DNA of 64,000 nt from Salpingoeca rosetta (GCA_033442325.1 JAWQFM010000015.1:250843-314842); one strand, 5' to 3'; numbered from the stretch's first letter, positions 46,643 to 60,842 are shown. Notes: generated by a model not told the origin, from the letters alone. Program-made: numbers and translations.

Positions 46643-48373
46643 CACCACCACCACCAACGTACGCAATGTTGTTGCCTGAAGGGCCGGCGCTGTCAAAGTG
46701 GTCGCCGAGCCAGTGGCGCTTAAACTCTGCAGGGAAGCCGCTGATGCGAACAGAGTTGGCGCAAATCTCGCACACATCCACGCGGGACAGGCGCCACACC
46801 TGCGACGCAATGCTGTACTCCTCAATCAGGGGCTCGCGTGACAGATGGAACAACAGCGGGTCGTCTGTTTGTGTGTGTGTGTGTGCACTGTGGTGTGTGT
46901 GTGATGTGTGGTGTGTCTGTGTGGGGAATGTGAGAAGCGGGGTGGAGGGTGAACGACGACTGCTCAACGCACGCCTTCCAAACACGCACGCAGAGTCACG
47001 CGAGAGCAAACAAACAAAACACCAAACCAAACCAAGCAAACTAACAACCTCAACAAACAAAGAAACCAAGCAAAGGTCAGAACACACACACGTACACAAC
47101 ACACACACAAAATACGGACCGGTGGAGAGGGTGACGTTCATGCCCATGGCATGGAAGTTGGGGAAGGGGTTCTTGTGATAGTCGAGGAAGAGGTGGTTGT
47201 TGCTGAGCGGCGACACAGAGAGGCCCACCTGGCACAGGTAGTACAGGTACTGCAGCACGGGCGCCTGTGGCAAGTTACACCGCAACATTGGGAATGGGAA
47301 ACAGAGGTCAAAGTGAGATGGGGTATACACACACATGTGCAAGCAAGAGCAGGCACACGCGCACACCCATACCCACACCCCCACCCCACACACACACGCA
47401 CACACACACACACACACACACTTACTTTGCGGAGACGAATGCCGTGGGAAATGTTCTCGCTGAGAAGGTAGGTGGTGACCAGGTGCTCGATGGAGCCCGC
47501 CTCGCCAGAGTGGGGGCGGAACGCAAACGTGTTCAGGCCCTTGGCCTTGCGCAACTTGTTCAGCACGCTCAGGTTGGCATACGTGTAGTACGCATAGTAC
47601 GAGTACGACGGGTTGTCGGGCTTGTCCCACATCTCTGGTTGCTCGCAGCTGCGTATATGCGTGTGCATATGCGTGTGTGTGTGCATGTGTGTGGGTGAGG
47701 ACATAAATCACGCAGCAACACAGGCCATGTGCACTCGTTCCCAAGCCCTTCTTCACAACCCCCCCCCCCCTTCCGGGCTCCTCCATGATCATGAAAACAC
47801 TCTTCCAATCACCCGTCCCACCCCTTCCTCGCATCAACACGACACGCCCGCCAGCAAAGAGAGAAGGCGGCACCTTGGGGTGTGTGGGAAGCGCTCTGGC
47901 TTGCTCTCGTCGTCCACGCTGTCAAAGCCAACCACGTGCGCCAGGAACTCCGCCAGCTTGGGGTCCTTCTCGGGGTTGAGCGTGTTCTGCGCAGCAGGCA
48001 AAGGGGTGTGGAGGAGGGGGGAAAAAGTGGGTTGGTGAGTGTGGTGCAGATGTGATGCAACTGTGCGTGTGTGTGTGTGTGTTGTGTGCACGTACTTGTA
48101 GCAAGCAGACGCAGTGGCAAAGACATTTGAAGAGGAACAAGAGGAGGAAAAGGCAAAGCACGCATGCACAGACACATGTGCAGACACAGACACACGTACA
48201 CAGACACATGAGCCAACTGACCTCGAAGAGAGGGCGGAAGAGGTTGTCGAGAACTTGTGCAAAGTTGTCGAGGAGGCCCGTCTTCTTGTACACATAACTG
48301 CACACACACAAAGCGGTACAAAAAAAAAAAGCAGTGAGCAAAGGGTACAGCGAAAGAGTGTCCAAACAGCACG

Positions 48374-48441
<68 letters not shown>

Positions 48442-48713
48442 CCTCAACACCACGCGAGTTGAGACAACGCACTAGAGGCGGGGCACTTGGATGAGCCAGC
48501 GGACGTTGTCGGAGGCCATGTTGTTGTCGCAGAACCACGCGCCAAGCTTCGTCAGCTCGTCGGGCGCACGCCCGTACACAGACACGCGGTACTCAGCCTG
48601 CAGCGGACAAAGGTTTGGGGGTGGAGGAGGTGGGTAATTGGTAAGCGCAGAGGGAAACGGGGTGGAGGAGGAGGAGGAGAGAAGAGAAGAAGGCATGAGA
48701 GCACGTAAGGCGA

Positions 48714-48772
<59 letters not shown>

Positions 48773-49438
48773 CTTGTGTGTGTGTGTGTGTGTGTGTGCT
48801 GAGAGAACAGGACAACAGCCGACTGCCCAAGAGCAACAGCACGACATCTAACGCACCATCTGGTACTTTGACTCCTCGAGGTCGTCAATGACCTGGCGGG
48901 AAACCTCCGCAAAGTACCGCCCCTTGATCTGCAGTGACAGTAGTGGCGGCGGTGTGAGCAAACCCGTCATCGTGATGGTGACGCAACCACAACACAAAAA
49001 CAGCACACACACACACATCCGTAAACGCACACATCCGTAAACTAACCCAACACAACACGACACAACACAGCACAACACTACCACAACACAACACAACACA
49101 ACACCACACCTTGTTGCTTGTCTTGAGGAAGATCTCGCGCAGGCGGGACTCGCCAATGGGGTTGTACTTGAGGTTGAAGCGGTCAAAGCGGTGGAACGTC
49201 GACTGGTCCGCGTGCATGTCCAGCGTGTCAATCGACAAATCGTACGACGTCAGGTTCAGGCTGCAACGCGGTCATAGTGTGAAGGCAAGCGCGTGGACGG
49301 CGTTGTGGGTGGATTGAATGAGGTGTGGCAGTCGAGACGTGGACACAGGGCAAGAGTCACAAGCAGCAAAGCAAACACGTATGTACACGCACACGAAAAT
49401 ACACACACACACACACAAATACGCACACACACACAAAT

Positions 49439-49475
<37 letters not shown>

Positions 49476-50424
49476 TACGCACACACACACACGCACAAAC
49501 AACCAAATAAAGTTCAAACAGAGCAGGCCACCCCTGCACCACCACGGGCGGCGCACCTGTCAAAGACTTGCTGGAGGGTGAGGTCCTTTCCATCACGGTG
49601 GATGACCGTCTCGTCAGGGCACTTCTTCAGCTTCGACTTGATGAAGCGCAGCAGGTGCTTCTGGTTCATGCACGCAGACAGGTGCACGTGTGTGTCCACC
49701 TGACATGATGGTGTTGGTTGGTTGATTGGTTTGGTTGGTTGGTTGGCGAGGCAGGGAACATGGGATGGCGTGAGAGACGTGTGCGTGTGCGTGTGTGTGC
49801 GAGTAAGATGTGTGCGTGTGTGTGTGTGTTGGGAAAGGGGAGAGCAGAGTTGTGACGTGACAGCATCAAGCAAAACGTGAAGTAGGCAAGGGCATTTGCA
49901 CTGCGCGGGCTCACACCTTTCGGATGTTGTAAAAGTCACGATGGGGAACGGACTTTTGCTCCGCTGTCAAGGATATCGCAACAGCAACCGCAGGTGTGAG
50001 TCATCACGTGTTGTGCAACAAGAGCGTGCAGTGAAGCACAAGGAAGCATGCGCATAAGTAAGTTCACGAGCACATAGCTAAGAGTTTGGCCAAAATTTGC
50101 AAACACCACACACACACACAGAAACACACACAGAAACACACACACGCACACACCCACACACATACGCACACACGCCAAGGGCAGCAACGCACTGAGCTCG
50201 CGGGTGCTGTTGAGCATGGTGTGGAGGGTGAACTTGTTGAGGAGAAAGTGGATGCGGCGGAAGGAGAAGGACTTGGTTGGTCCGTCGTTGATCAGCGCCA
50301 ACAGCTTCGACAAATCCCGCAGATAGTACTTCACATCTGCAGTTTGCACATGGGGCACAACAGCCGGGGGTGTCAGAGACAAAGTAGGCGTGTCTCGATG
50401 ACAAGGGAGAGAGAATTGTCGCGC

Positions 50425-50488
<64 letters not shown>

Positions 50489-50682
50489 CACCAACTTGGT
50501 TGTATCAACCCCCCCTTCTCTCTCTTTTGTTTATTTCGATATAATTTTTTTCTTCTTCGCCTTACACTTTCCGACTTTTTTCNNNNNNNNNNNNNNNNNN
50601 NNNNNNNNNNNNNNNNNNNNNNNNNNNNNNNNNNNNNNNNNNNNNNNNNNNNNNNNNNNNNNNNNNNNNNNNNNNNNNNNNN

Positions 50683-50775
<93 letters not shown>

Positions 50776-51951
50776 TTCCGAGTGTTCAACACAAGCGATA
50801 CACGTGCACAGAAAGCGCTCGTTGTTGTGGCCACTCACCAACGTATTTGTAGAAGGGGATGGTGCACTCCTCATCATCGCCTGCGTACAGGTTGAACACG
50901 CCCTTATGCTGCAGACACACGCGCACGCAAACGTGAGCAGTCACCAGCACACGCAATCTGCACATTGGTTTCGTGCAACCACAAGTCGTTTGGCTTTGCC
51001 ACACACACACACACAAACACAAAGTCATGCACACACACACACACAAGCACATGTACGCAAGCATGTATACATACATGAACGCACGCACGCGCACTGACCA
51101 TGCTGAGCTTGACGTTGTTTGACTTGAGGCAATCGGCAACCACGTCCTCCTCTGCAAACACCTTCGAGCACTTTGGCAGATTCTGCCCGCTGGATGATGG
51201 CGCAGTCTTCGTATGCGTGTGCGTATGCGTGTGCGTGTGCGCGCGTGTGTGCGCGTGTGTGCGTGTGTGTGTGTACGTGTGGGGATGTATATACGTGGTT
51301 GAGAAGACATTGAATCAACCGCGTATCATTCAGCATATCTGCGACACAGCAAAGTGCTCGTGCGGCATGTGTTACCTTGCGGGACGGCCCTTTGCCTGCA
51401 AGCAAGAGCTCCGTCACAAACGAGGGGAACTGTTGCTCGCTCTGTCAAGGTGTGCGTCAAGATATCATGAAGGGGCACAAGGTTAGATCAGAGTGGCGGG
51501 CTCCACGATTAGTGATGGTTCAATCGACAGCATGAACGACAACAGTCCTCATAACAGCAAATCCCCCCGCGTCGTGAACACACGTGTTCCATCCTACGTG
51601 TTCCGCCCAACACTTCACACATAATCACACACGTACACACTCACACACACACTCACACACGTACACACACACACACACATTCCCACACACACGCACACAC
51701 ACACACACACACGCACGACGTACCCTGCGCATGTACTTTTGGCGAAGGAAGACGGCGTTCATGATCATGGTGGAAATGTCGCCCGTCTCAAGCTCGTGCT
51801 GGTGTTATCCAAACAACAAACAAGCCAATGCGTGCATGCAATGAGTCCAATGCACCAGAGGTGCTAACGATGCGGTTGCTAGTGGTGCAGGTGATGTAGA
51901 CACACACACACACACACGAACACACACACACACACGAACACACACACACGA

Positions 51952-51983
<32 letters not shown>

Positions 51984-52611
51984 GCACGCACACACACACA
52001 AAAAAAAATGTCACCACCGGCATACATTCTCACCTTCTCCATGCGTGTGAGGAGGATGCGGCGGAAGTCGACAGCAGAGGTGGCCTCCTTGAGGTCGGGG
52101 GCGATGGTGGTCATCGAGGTGAGGCGCTCGCGGCGGCGGACCGGCGGGGACAGCGACCCTTTGCTCGGCTCAGGGGCATCTGGAGGCTGCAGCTTCGCGT
52201 GCCACTTCAACAGCGCATCCTGGAGAGCGTGGACAAGGGACGAGGAGGTTTGGGGTGTGGGTTAGGAAAGGTTTGAAAGGGTGAGTGAAGAAAGGGGCGA
52301 GAGGATGGGGGATACAACAGACGAGGTAAGGGAAGGGAACAAACGCAACACACACATACACATACACACACATATGCAGCCAGGCTTACGTTGAGCTTCT
52401 TCTCTTCGGTGACGGTGTAGCGAGCGTCACCGGTCAGGCGGGCGGCCTGCAGCATCTCCTCCTCCTCGTCGGCTGAAACCTGCCGTGGAGTAGCAATTAA
52501 AGCAAGGGAAGGAAGGGAGCAAGGGAAGGGAGTTCAAGCACGAACCACACGCGTGTTAGTTCACACACACACACACGCACACACGCGCACACACTATCTC
52601 TCTGACTCACT

Positions 52612-52645
<34 letters not shown>

Positions 52646-53161
52646 CGCGCACACACCCGACCTGATCCTCTTCGTCGGAGACATCCTCGATGACGTCAGG
52701 CACGCCGCTCTGCAGGTACTTGAGGGCGCTGCTTGGCTGGGTCTCCATCAGCTGACGATACACGTCTTGCTGGTTCCTGTGGGTGTCAAAAGCAAGGTCC
52801 AAGGGCCGTTCGGAAATGAGGGTGAATGAAGCTGGTGTCACACCACACCACTGCAGGCAACAGCAAGCAAATGCACTCGTCGTGCAGTGCATGCAACGCA
52901 TGGGACACCACAAACGAAGGGGATCAAAGCCGCAACAGAAGCCCTGTCACACAGCACACACAGGCATTCAAACAGCACACACACGCACGCACTGGCGTAC
53001 CCTGGCAGGATGCAGACATCGCCGGAGGCGGTGTGGACGACGCCGACGTCCTTTGTCTTCTTGCTGCTGCTGCTGCTGCTGCTCTCCGCGCTTGTGTTGG
53101 GTTCCACGACCGTGGGCTTCTCTTCCTCCGTCTTCTTGGAGGCGTCTCCCTTGTCGGCCAT
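46371..53161 (-). CDS. AMPD: AMP deaminase, multi-exon
   Basis: [10 protein letters not shown]|[95 protein letters not shown]|DDPLLFH. An assembly gap lies inside one intron, and the flanking exons join in phase. Confidence 0.97.
50583..50682. other. Assembly gap (100 N) within an AMPD intron, adjacent to a long (GT)n tract
   Basis: Run of N characters. Confidence 1.
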
Positions 53162-53472
53162 GCTCACTGGCTCTTGTCGCAGTGGGGGTGGAGGGAGCGG
53201 TTCACTCACGTGCTACCAGCAAGGGCGCAATCAATCAATCAAGCAAGCAAGAAGCAAGGTCGATCTTGGATCTGGGCTGATGTGATGATGGCAATGCGGA
53301 CGCTGTGCGGAAAAAATGACAGCACTCTCTCAGCTCAGCGCACAAAAGTCAGCGCACAAAAAGCGCACACGGCACAATGCAAGAAGGAAACAACGTCTTC
53401 TTCGAAAACGCACACAACGCGCACACGAAGAAGAGAAGAAATTGCGCGATTGCGAAATCGGGAAACGACAGC

Positions 53473-55557
53473 ATGAACAGTAGTCGGATATGGCGGAGCG
53501 GCTCAACAAGCCCAGCAAGCACAACAAGCGCAGCAAGTACAACAAGCGCAGGAGCGTTGGGTTTGGTAGCTGTGCTGCCGTGTTGTGGCAGCGATTGCAA
53601 GCAGCACGCGCGCTGCGTCAGCGTGGACTTTGGCGTCACCACGCCACACATCCAAGGCAAGAAGCACAAGAAGCAGCACCAGCAGCACGACCACAGGCCA
53701 ACACAGCATGAGCAACGACAGCAAGCAACGTCGTCTGTCACCGAAGAGGTGGATGGTGCCGCGCTGCCCCGGAAGCGTGCAAAAGGCGCGCTGACAGGAA
53801 CACCAGCCAAACCAGCAGCTGTGCCAGCATCGGTACCAGCCGCAGGCACGCAGCGTGACAGGCTGTCTGCCTGTTTCAGTGCTTGTGAGACCTTCTATTC
53901 AACGCTGCCTCGTGAGCGCAGATGTGTCCACGACTCGCACACGTGCTTGACGCGAGAGCAGATCAAGACGCTCTCCAAGGACCCTTGGCCCGCAGCAACA
54001 GATCCAGGCACAACACAACAACTGCCGCCACTGAGGTTGCCAGACGCGAGCAGCGACAGGATGCCCATGCGCCTCACGACCACCGACCTCGCCAACCGCA
54101 TCGTCTGCGTAATGTCACCGGAAAGGGTGGCCCACGATGAAAAGCAGCCTGCTGACGGCCAGGCAGAGGCGACCAACACCAAGCTCGATACGAACTGCGG
54201 TGCGTGCTGCTACCGAGCGCAGATTGACGACAAGGAGATACTGGTGCCATCGCCCTGCAGGTTCCTGCTGGCAAACATCCAACACCTGCGCCCGCACATG
54301 CAGGACCTTGGCGTCTTTGATCTCATTGTGATGGATCCGCCGTGGCACAACGGCTCTGTTCGCCGCGGGTCCCGATATGGTACCATGGATTACGACGCCA
54401 TCATGGACATTCCCATCCCGTTTCTCATGTCGCCGCGCTGCCTCCTCGCCCTCTGGATCACCAACAACGACCGCTGCGCCACATTCGTCCACGTGAGTTG
54501 CAAGGAATGTGTGTGTGCGTGCTTTTGTCTGTGTGTGTGTGCGTGTGTGTGTGTATGCGTGTGTGTGTGTGTGTGTGTGTGTGCGTGCTTTTGTCTGTGT
54601 GTGTGTGTATGTGTATGTGTTTGTGCTTTTGTGTGTATGTGTGTGTGTATGTGTGTGTGTGCTTTTTTGTGTGTATGTGTGTGTGTGTGCTTTTTTGTGT
54701 GTGTGTGTGGTGGTGGTCACTAATGTGATGAATTCAATGCGGTCGTGCCGCAGTTCGCACCCGTGCGCACAAGCACACCATCACATACATAGACACAGAC
54801 GCGCAGCCACACCACATTTGTGCATGCATGAGCTGATGCTGTTCCCTTGCGTGCTGTGCAGGAGAGGTTGCTGCCTCACTGGGGCTTGAAGAAGGTGACG
54901 GAGTGGAAATGGTTAAAGGTGACGACGCAAGGGGAGCCCGTGTTCCCGCTCTCAAGCCGCCACAAGCGCCCATATGAGGTGCTCATCCTCGCCACGAATG
55001 CCCCGGGCGCCTTTGAAACCGCACCAGCATACGGCATCGTCCACCAATGGCAGGCAGCGATGCGCCAGCAGCAGGACGAGGACAGGAGGGAGCAGCAGCA
55101 GGACGAGGAGAAACAGCAGAAATTGGAGACGAAGGAGAACGAGGGTGAGAAGCAGGAAGGTGAACAGCACCAGCAAGTTGCGAAATGCTCAAACCACACT
55201 GAACACTCACAGCAGGTCAAACATGCACCACCAGCTGTTGTGCAGCATGGAGCTGATGCCCCAATAGCGCTGCCTGCGGACCTGCGCATTGCCGGCGTGC
55301 CCTCGCTCGTGCACAGCGAAAAGCCGCCCGCAATTCACCGCTTGCTCGTGTCGTTGCTGACACGCGGCTCGAACACATCTCCTTTGCGACAGCAGCAGCA
55401 GCAGCAGCAGCGGCAGGAGGAGGATGGTGTGCTTGCAAGCACACCACGACAACGCCCGCGGTGTCTGGAAGTGTTTGCGCGGCGGTTGCACCGGCATTGG
55501 ACGAGTGTTGGCAACCAGGTCTTCAAGCTGCAGGACGTGCGCCTGTATGACGCTTGA
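53473..55557 (+). CDS. METTL4: MT-A70 family N6-adenine methyltransferase, METTL4-like; 2 exons (53473-54492, 54862-55557)
   Basis: FDLIVMDPPWHNGSVRR (DPPW.N.S is typical of METTL4), LWITN, EWKWLKVTTQGEPVFPLSSRHKRPYEVL, VPSLVHSEKPP, LEVFARRL...WTSVGNQV. Start could also be the upstream ATG at 53377. Confidence 0.9.
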
Positions 55558-56047
55558 GCAACGTGCGTGTTGTGGTGTGTATGTTTGTATGTGTGAATGA
55601 ATGTAAGTATGCCTGTGTGTGTCTGTGTGTGTGTGTCTGTGTGTGTCTGTGTGTGTGTGTCTGTGTCTGTGTGTGTCTGTGTGTCTGTGTGTGTGTGTGC
55701 AAATATATGTACATATGTGTCTGTGTGCGTGTGTGTTGTGAGAGAAAGACGTGTGGTTGTATCAGTTCAAAGCACTCAGCCATCTGCGTGTTCGTTCCCC
55801 ACACCCACCCACGCCCTTGTTCACGAAGTTGTGTATGGGACGGGCGTTTATGGTGATTGATGGTTCTGTCAAACCAAGGAACAAAGTGAAACGAGAGAAA
55901 GAAGGAAGCAAAACACGACCCAAAAAACGAACAACAGAAGCGACCATTCGTGCCATGCCATGTACACCACAAACAGGCATCACGCGTGCCGCAGTATCGT
56001 CATGCAAGTCATGTCAGCAGCAAGCTTTTCTGTAAGCAGTCCAATCC

Positions 56048-56081
<34 letters not shown>

Positions 56082-56298
56082 GCAGCAGCAGCAGCAACAA
56101 CAACGACATACATGCATGCACATGCAAGCATGCGACAAGTACGAGTTCAAAATGCAGCAACGCAAAACGACAATCAGCGAGGAAGGAAGAGGGTCAGCGG
56201 GGAAACAAAGTGTGGAAACAATGCTCAGAGGAACAGGAAGAAGGAAGAAACGTGCTTAGTTCCACATCAAACACGCGGTTGGTTGTAGTGGTACAGCG

Positions 56299-58974
56299 TC
56301 ATGCCAGGAGATCAAAGATGGGAGCAGCCACGTTTTGGCGGGAAGAGGGGCTGCTGCCTGTATTGGCGTCAGCGTTGGGGGATGTGTTCTCGTCATCCTC
56401 CGTGATGCAGGCGAGGGCGGGACGTGCACGCGAGGGACCTGTGTGTTGGTACGGCGGGCAGCGAGTGGGCCGAACAGTGAGCGCAGGTGCACAACAGTAT
56501 CAACACGAAGAGAAAGAGAAACATGGCAAAGAACACAAAAGACTGGGAATGGATGCACGTGTTCCTCGAGTGAGTGTGCCCAACACAGAAAGCGCACGCG
56601 CTTACACGCAGACGCACACACACACATACACACATACATACACACACACATACACACACACATACACACACACACACTCACTCACGTTTGCGGGAGGACA
56701 TGAAGAGCGGAGTGGATGTGCAAGGGCGCGGAGTGAGGTTGATGAGGGCTGGCGAGGGTGCACAGCTGTCAGCGTTGTCACCGCCACGCTGCGGTGTCTG
56801 TTGCGGCGTCTCGCACGTGAGCAGCGCAGCCAGATTGCTGTTGGGCGTGAGGGCGCGAAGACTGCTGCGACGACGGCGCGTTGAGCTCGCATTGACTGGC
56901 GTACAAGGAATATCCTCCTCCTGCTGCTGTTGCTGCTGTTCAGTGGCGTGGTGGGCTGCACCATCAGTGGCATTCTGCTGTGCTGTCGCATCGGCTCGCA
57001 CATCAAGGGCCGGGTTGGGTTTGTATGCAAAGTTGGGCTGCTCAATGGCAGTGGAGAACTCCATCACCGTGTTGGCATTGCGGTACTTGCTGGGCGTCTG
57101 CGAGAATGTTGGTGCAGAGCAGACGACACATACAAAGGTCAGAGAAAGCAAATACAAGGGCACACGCGATCGAAAACTCGACCCCACCACCAGCCATACG
57201 CCACCCACAGCCCCATCACCACCCAAAACAACAACAACAGCAACCATGGCCAATATTTCCATCTGCGTACCGTGCGCCGGGAGCGACGAACAGGGGTGAA
57301 GATGACCTCGGCGCCAAGGCTCTCCCGCTCCGTCTTGGAGGCGCGCACGGGGGTGAGCAGCATGCTGTTGTTGCGGCGGGCGCCAGCAGCTGTGCGGCGC
57401 TTGCCAGAGAAGAGTGGCGTGATGGGCGCAACCATCGCAATGCCGTTACCGTTGTCATCGTTGTCCGTCTCAACATCGCTGTCATCGCGGAGCGAAAGGC
57501 GCGCGTTCTTGCGGCGTGGGAGGGCATCAGCAGCAATTGGCGACGCGGCCGTGATATTGTCAGCGATGAGCGCATCAACCCCGTTGGCCACATCGTCCAG
57601 GGATGGTGGCGGCACGGGTGCTGGCAGACTCGCGGGCTTGGGTGCAACAGCGAGCTCAATCTGCGGTGACGCCTGGAACCGATTGCAACGAAACGTGTGC
57701 ACGAGAACAGGTTAATATGGGTTGGGCATGGTGTGTGTTTGTTTGTTTGTTTGTTTGTTCGATTGCTTGTTTGTTTGTTTGTTCGATTGCTTGTTTGTTT
57801 GTTTGTTTGTTTGTTTGTTTGTTTGTTTGTTTGTTTGTTTGTTTGTTTGTTTGTTTGTTTGTTTGTTTGTTTGTTTGTTTGTTTGTTGTGTGTTTGTGTG
57901 TATGTACAACAAGCAACACTTGATGTGGGTTTGAATGTGTTGTTCGTGACAGTGGTGGTGCTCACAGTGGCAGCTGTGCGCTTTTCGGCGCGCTTCTTGG
58001 CGAGAAAGGCGGCGACAGCAGATGAGGGCTTGCCCTTGCGCGCCTTGCGAACGACCCTGATGGACAAGAAGTGCAGGAGTGAATGGACAAAGTGTCAGAT
58101 AAACGACAGTAGACTCACACACTCATGAAGAATTCTTCAAGAAGCGATAGGGGTCCGGTTTGCCACCGTCGCTGCTCACAGCGCCAATTAATCACTCACA
58201 CACACTCCACACACACACACACTCCACACACACACACACACGCACACACACACTCCACACACACACGCACGCACGCACGCACGCACGCACACCCGCACGC
58301 ACACACGCACGCACGACGATCAGCACGCACTTCTTCTTTGCTTTGCGCTTCTTTGGCGCAGCAGGCTCCGGTGTCTCCTGCTTGTGCTGCCAGTTGTTGC
58401 TGCGAATTTCATCCAGCGCCTTGAACATCGCCTTGATGTCCATCACCTGGACAAACAGAAAACATGTTGTTTTGCGTGCAGCGCAAATGGATGAGGGTCG
58501 AAGGTGGTGCTGCTTTGTGTTTTATGTCACAGACACGCTCCATGGAGTCATGTAAAGGGTTACCTTGTCGCAACACACCATACACCACACACCATACAAA
58601 CAAGTCACACACCTGAGCTTCGACGCGCGCGTCCCAGTAGCCCTGAAGATCGTCCAAGCGGACAGTGGCGTCGTCGTTGTTGGCGTTGTGGCACAGCTCC
58701 AGGTACTGTGACAAACAACATGCACACACAATGCATGTTCGTTTGGTGAGGACCGTTGTTGCAGTGGTGTGCCACCATGACACAACACAAGCGCGTCCTC
58801 ATAGAGCACACACACACACACGCACACACACACACACAACACACACACACACACACACACAAACTCACAAACACACCTTGGGCATGAGCTTGCGCATGAG
58901 AAGCTCCGCCTGGCCGAGGGCGCGGTTGATTTCGCCCTCAAGCTCACTGTTCACAGCAGTGGCCTGTGTGTGTG

Positions 58975-59006
<32 letters not shown>

Positions 59007-59014
59007 AACCTTTG

Positions 59015-59060
<46 letters not shown>

Positions 59061-59061
59061 T

Positions 59062-59102
<41 letters not shown>

Positions 59103-60221
59103 TGTGTCTGTGTGTGTCTGTGTCTGTGTGTGTCTGTGTCTGTGTGTGTGCGTTATGTTCGCATGGAAACTTGTTACTCTTCAATCGGACACAGAGAGTG
59201 ATGACTGCACACATTACCTTGATGAACTGCTCCATGGTTTTGAATGGCGATCGCGCTCGCCCGACAATAAATGGCGGCTTTGCGTTTGCAGTGGCCTGCT
59301 CCTGTTCTTGTTGTCTCTTCTCCTCGCGCGCCTGAACAGAAATCAACAGCGCAAACCACAACGTGAGGCGGTGACATGACGTGTGCAAAGGCAAGAAAAA
59401 GGAAAAGGTAGGCTGTGTGCATGTGCAAAACGTGTGCAAGCCGCAGGATCAAACGACAGAGATCGGTAGGTGTACCTTTTGCCAGATTTGCAGTTTCTGT
59501 CGGCGATCCATCTTGGGCACTGAGGAAAAGGGAGAGAGTGTGTGTGAGTGTGAGTGTGAGTGTGTGTGTGTGTGTGTGTGTATTTGTGCGTGAATGCACG
59601 GGTGAGTGAGTGAGTGTATGTATGTGCGTGAGTATGTGTATATGTATGATTGTATGCGCATGTGTGAGTGGGATGAAGCAAAGAAGGGGTGAGAAGGTGC
59701 CACGAATATGCATGCAAACTGGGAGTGGTGCGTGTGTGCAACGCAGCCACCCCAACGCAACGGAACGCACTTGTGCTAAAGTCGACGAGCGAAGTGTTGG
59801 TGGACTCCATGTCCCTATTTTCGTTGAGGCGCTGTTGCCGTGTGACGGAGCGTTGGTGTTGCCTTCGAGTCTGGCGTGAGTTCTGAAGGACTGCAGGCGT
59901 GGTCGACGGCATAGGAATAGGGGGAGTGTGTGAGGCGGGGGGGGAGTGTGTGTGTGGGAAATGTGCATTGAAGCATGAAAGTGTAAACACATGACGCACG
60001 TTCTTGGTTTATCTTTGTGTACGCGTGCATGAGTGTAGCCACGCACGCCCACGCACAACGACAAGCTAGCGCGCACAAGCACACACAGACGAGCACATCT
60101 GCTCATATCTCCCCACGTCCCTCCCAACGCACACACACACACACACACACACACCTTCTGAGGAGCGCTCGAAGCGCTGTTTGAATTGGTGAAGGCGGGC
60201 GCTGCGCCGTGTCGTGGGCAT
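56299..60221 (-). CDS. DLGAP5: GKAP-homology (SAPAP) domain protein, DLGAP5/HURP-like, multi-exon
   Basis: EINRALGQAELLMRKLMPK|YLELCHN...VRLDDLQGYWDARVEAQ|VMDIKAMFKALDEIRSNNWQ matches the GKAP domain (IR.AVGQA.LLM......F..L....DL.GFWD....QI.DV...F..L..L..N.WQ). KPPFIVG and multiple TP/SP motifs (LLTPVR, IFTPVRRS) fit the mitotic HURP branch. Confidence 0.8.
57735..57885. repeat. (TTTG)n tetranucleotide repeat in a DLGAP5 intron
   Basis: Directly visible, with two interruptions. Confidence 0.9.
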
Positions 60222-60445
60222 GATGGCAACTGGCGTGCACGCTACTGCTTGAGAGGTCAAGGGGCAGGCAGGTGGAGGTGGGAGGGGACGCGATCAAGCG
60301 AAGGGAAGAAGGATGACGGTCTGGATGCGGTCGGTGCGCCAGATTCATTCAGTGCGTGCAGTGCTGTGTGCTGTGTGTGCAGAGAGAGGAGGAAATGTCG
60401 TGTGTGGGGGGAAATCGTGGTTGCGACAACAACCAACCAGCTTTT

Positions 60446-60460
60446 TTTGAATTTCGCGGC
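60446..60460 (-). promoter_or_regulatory. Putative CDE-CHR / E2F-LIN54 (DREAM) element
   Basis: The minus strand reads GCCGCG-AAA-TTCAAA (GC box, 3-nt spacer, TTYRAA) about 225 bp upstream of the DLGAP5-like ATG. The plus strand reads TTTGAA-TTTCGCGGC. Confidence 0.4.
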
Positions 60461-60751
60461 GAATGTGGCCGTGGCATAGAAATAGCATGGTGAAAATTGA
60501 CCTATAATTTCAACCAACATTCCGAGCGTGTGGTGTTGTGTGTGCGATCGCACGACAACCGCGTGTGTGCATCCTTTTCTCTTCGCCCACCTTGCTTCAC
60601 TCGCTGCCTTTCAGCTTCTCCTGTGGATCCACACCCACTGCGCCCGTCCTTGTTTGCCGCATCGCTGTTTGAGTCAGCCCCCCCCCCTTGCCACTTTTCC
60701 TTCCGCACCTTACCCTCCACGCCCCCATACTGTTGCGTCGCACCAGCCAAG

Positions 60752-60842
60752 ATGTCCATGCTTGAGCGCAAGTCGTCCGAACAGGAGCAGCCAAACAACG
60801 TGCGTGTGTGTGTGTGTGTGTGTGTGCGTGTGTATGTTCTTG

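Noticed and set aside
50583-50682. Possible missing AMPD exon in the assembly gap
   Set aside because: The flanking exons join in phase (...FYKYV|DVKYYLRDL...) and give continuous AMPD-like sequence.
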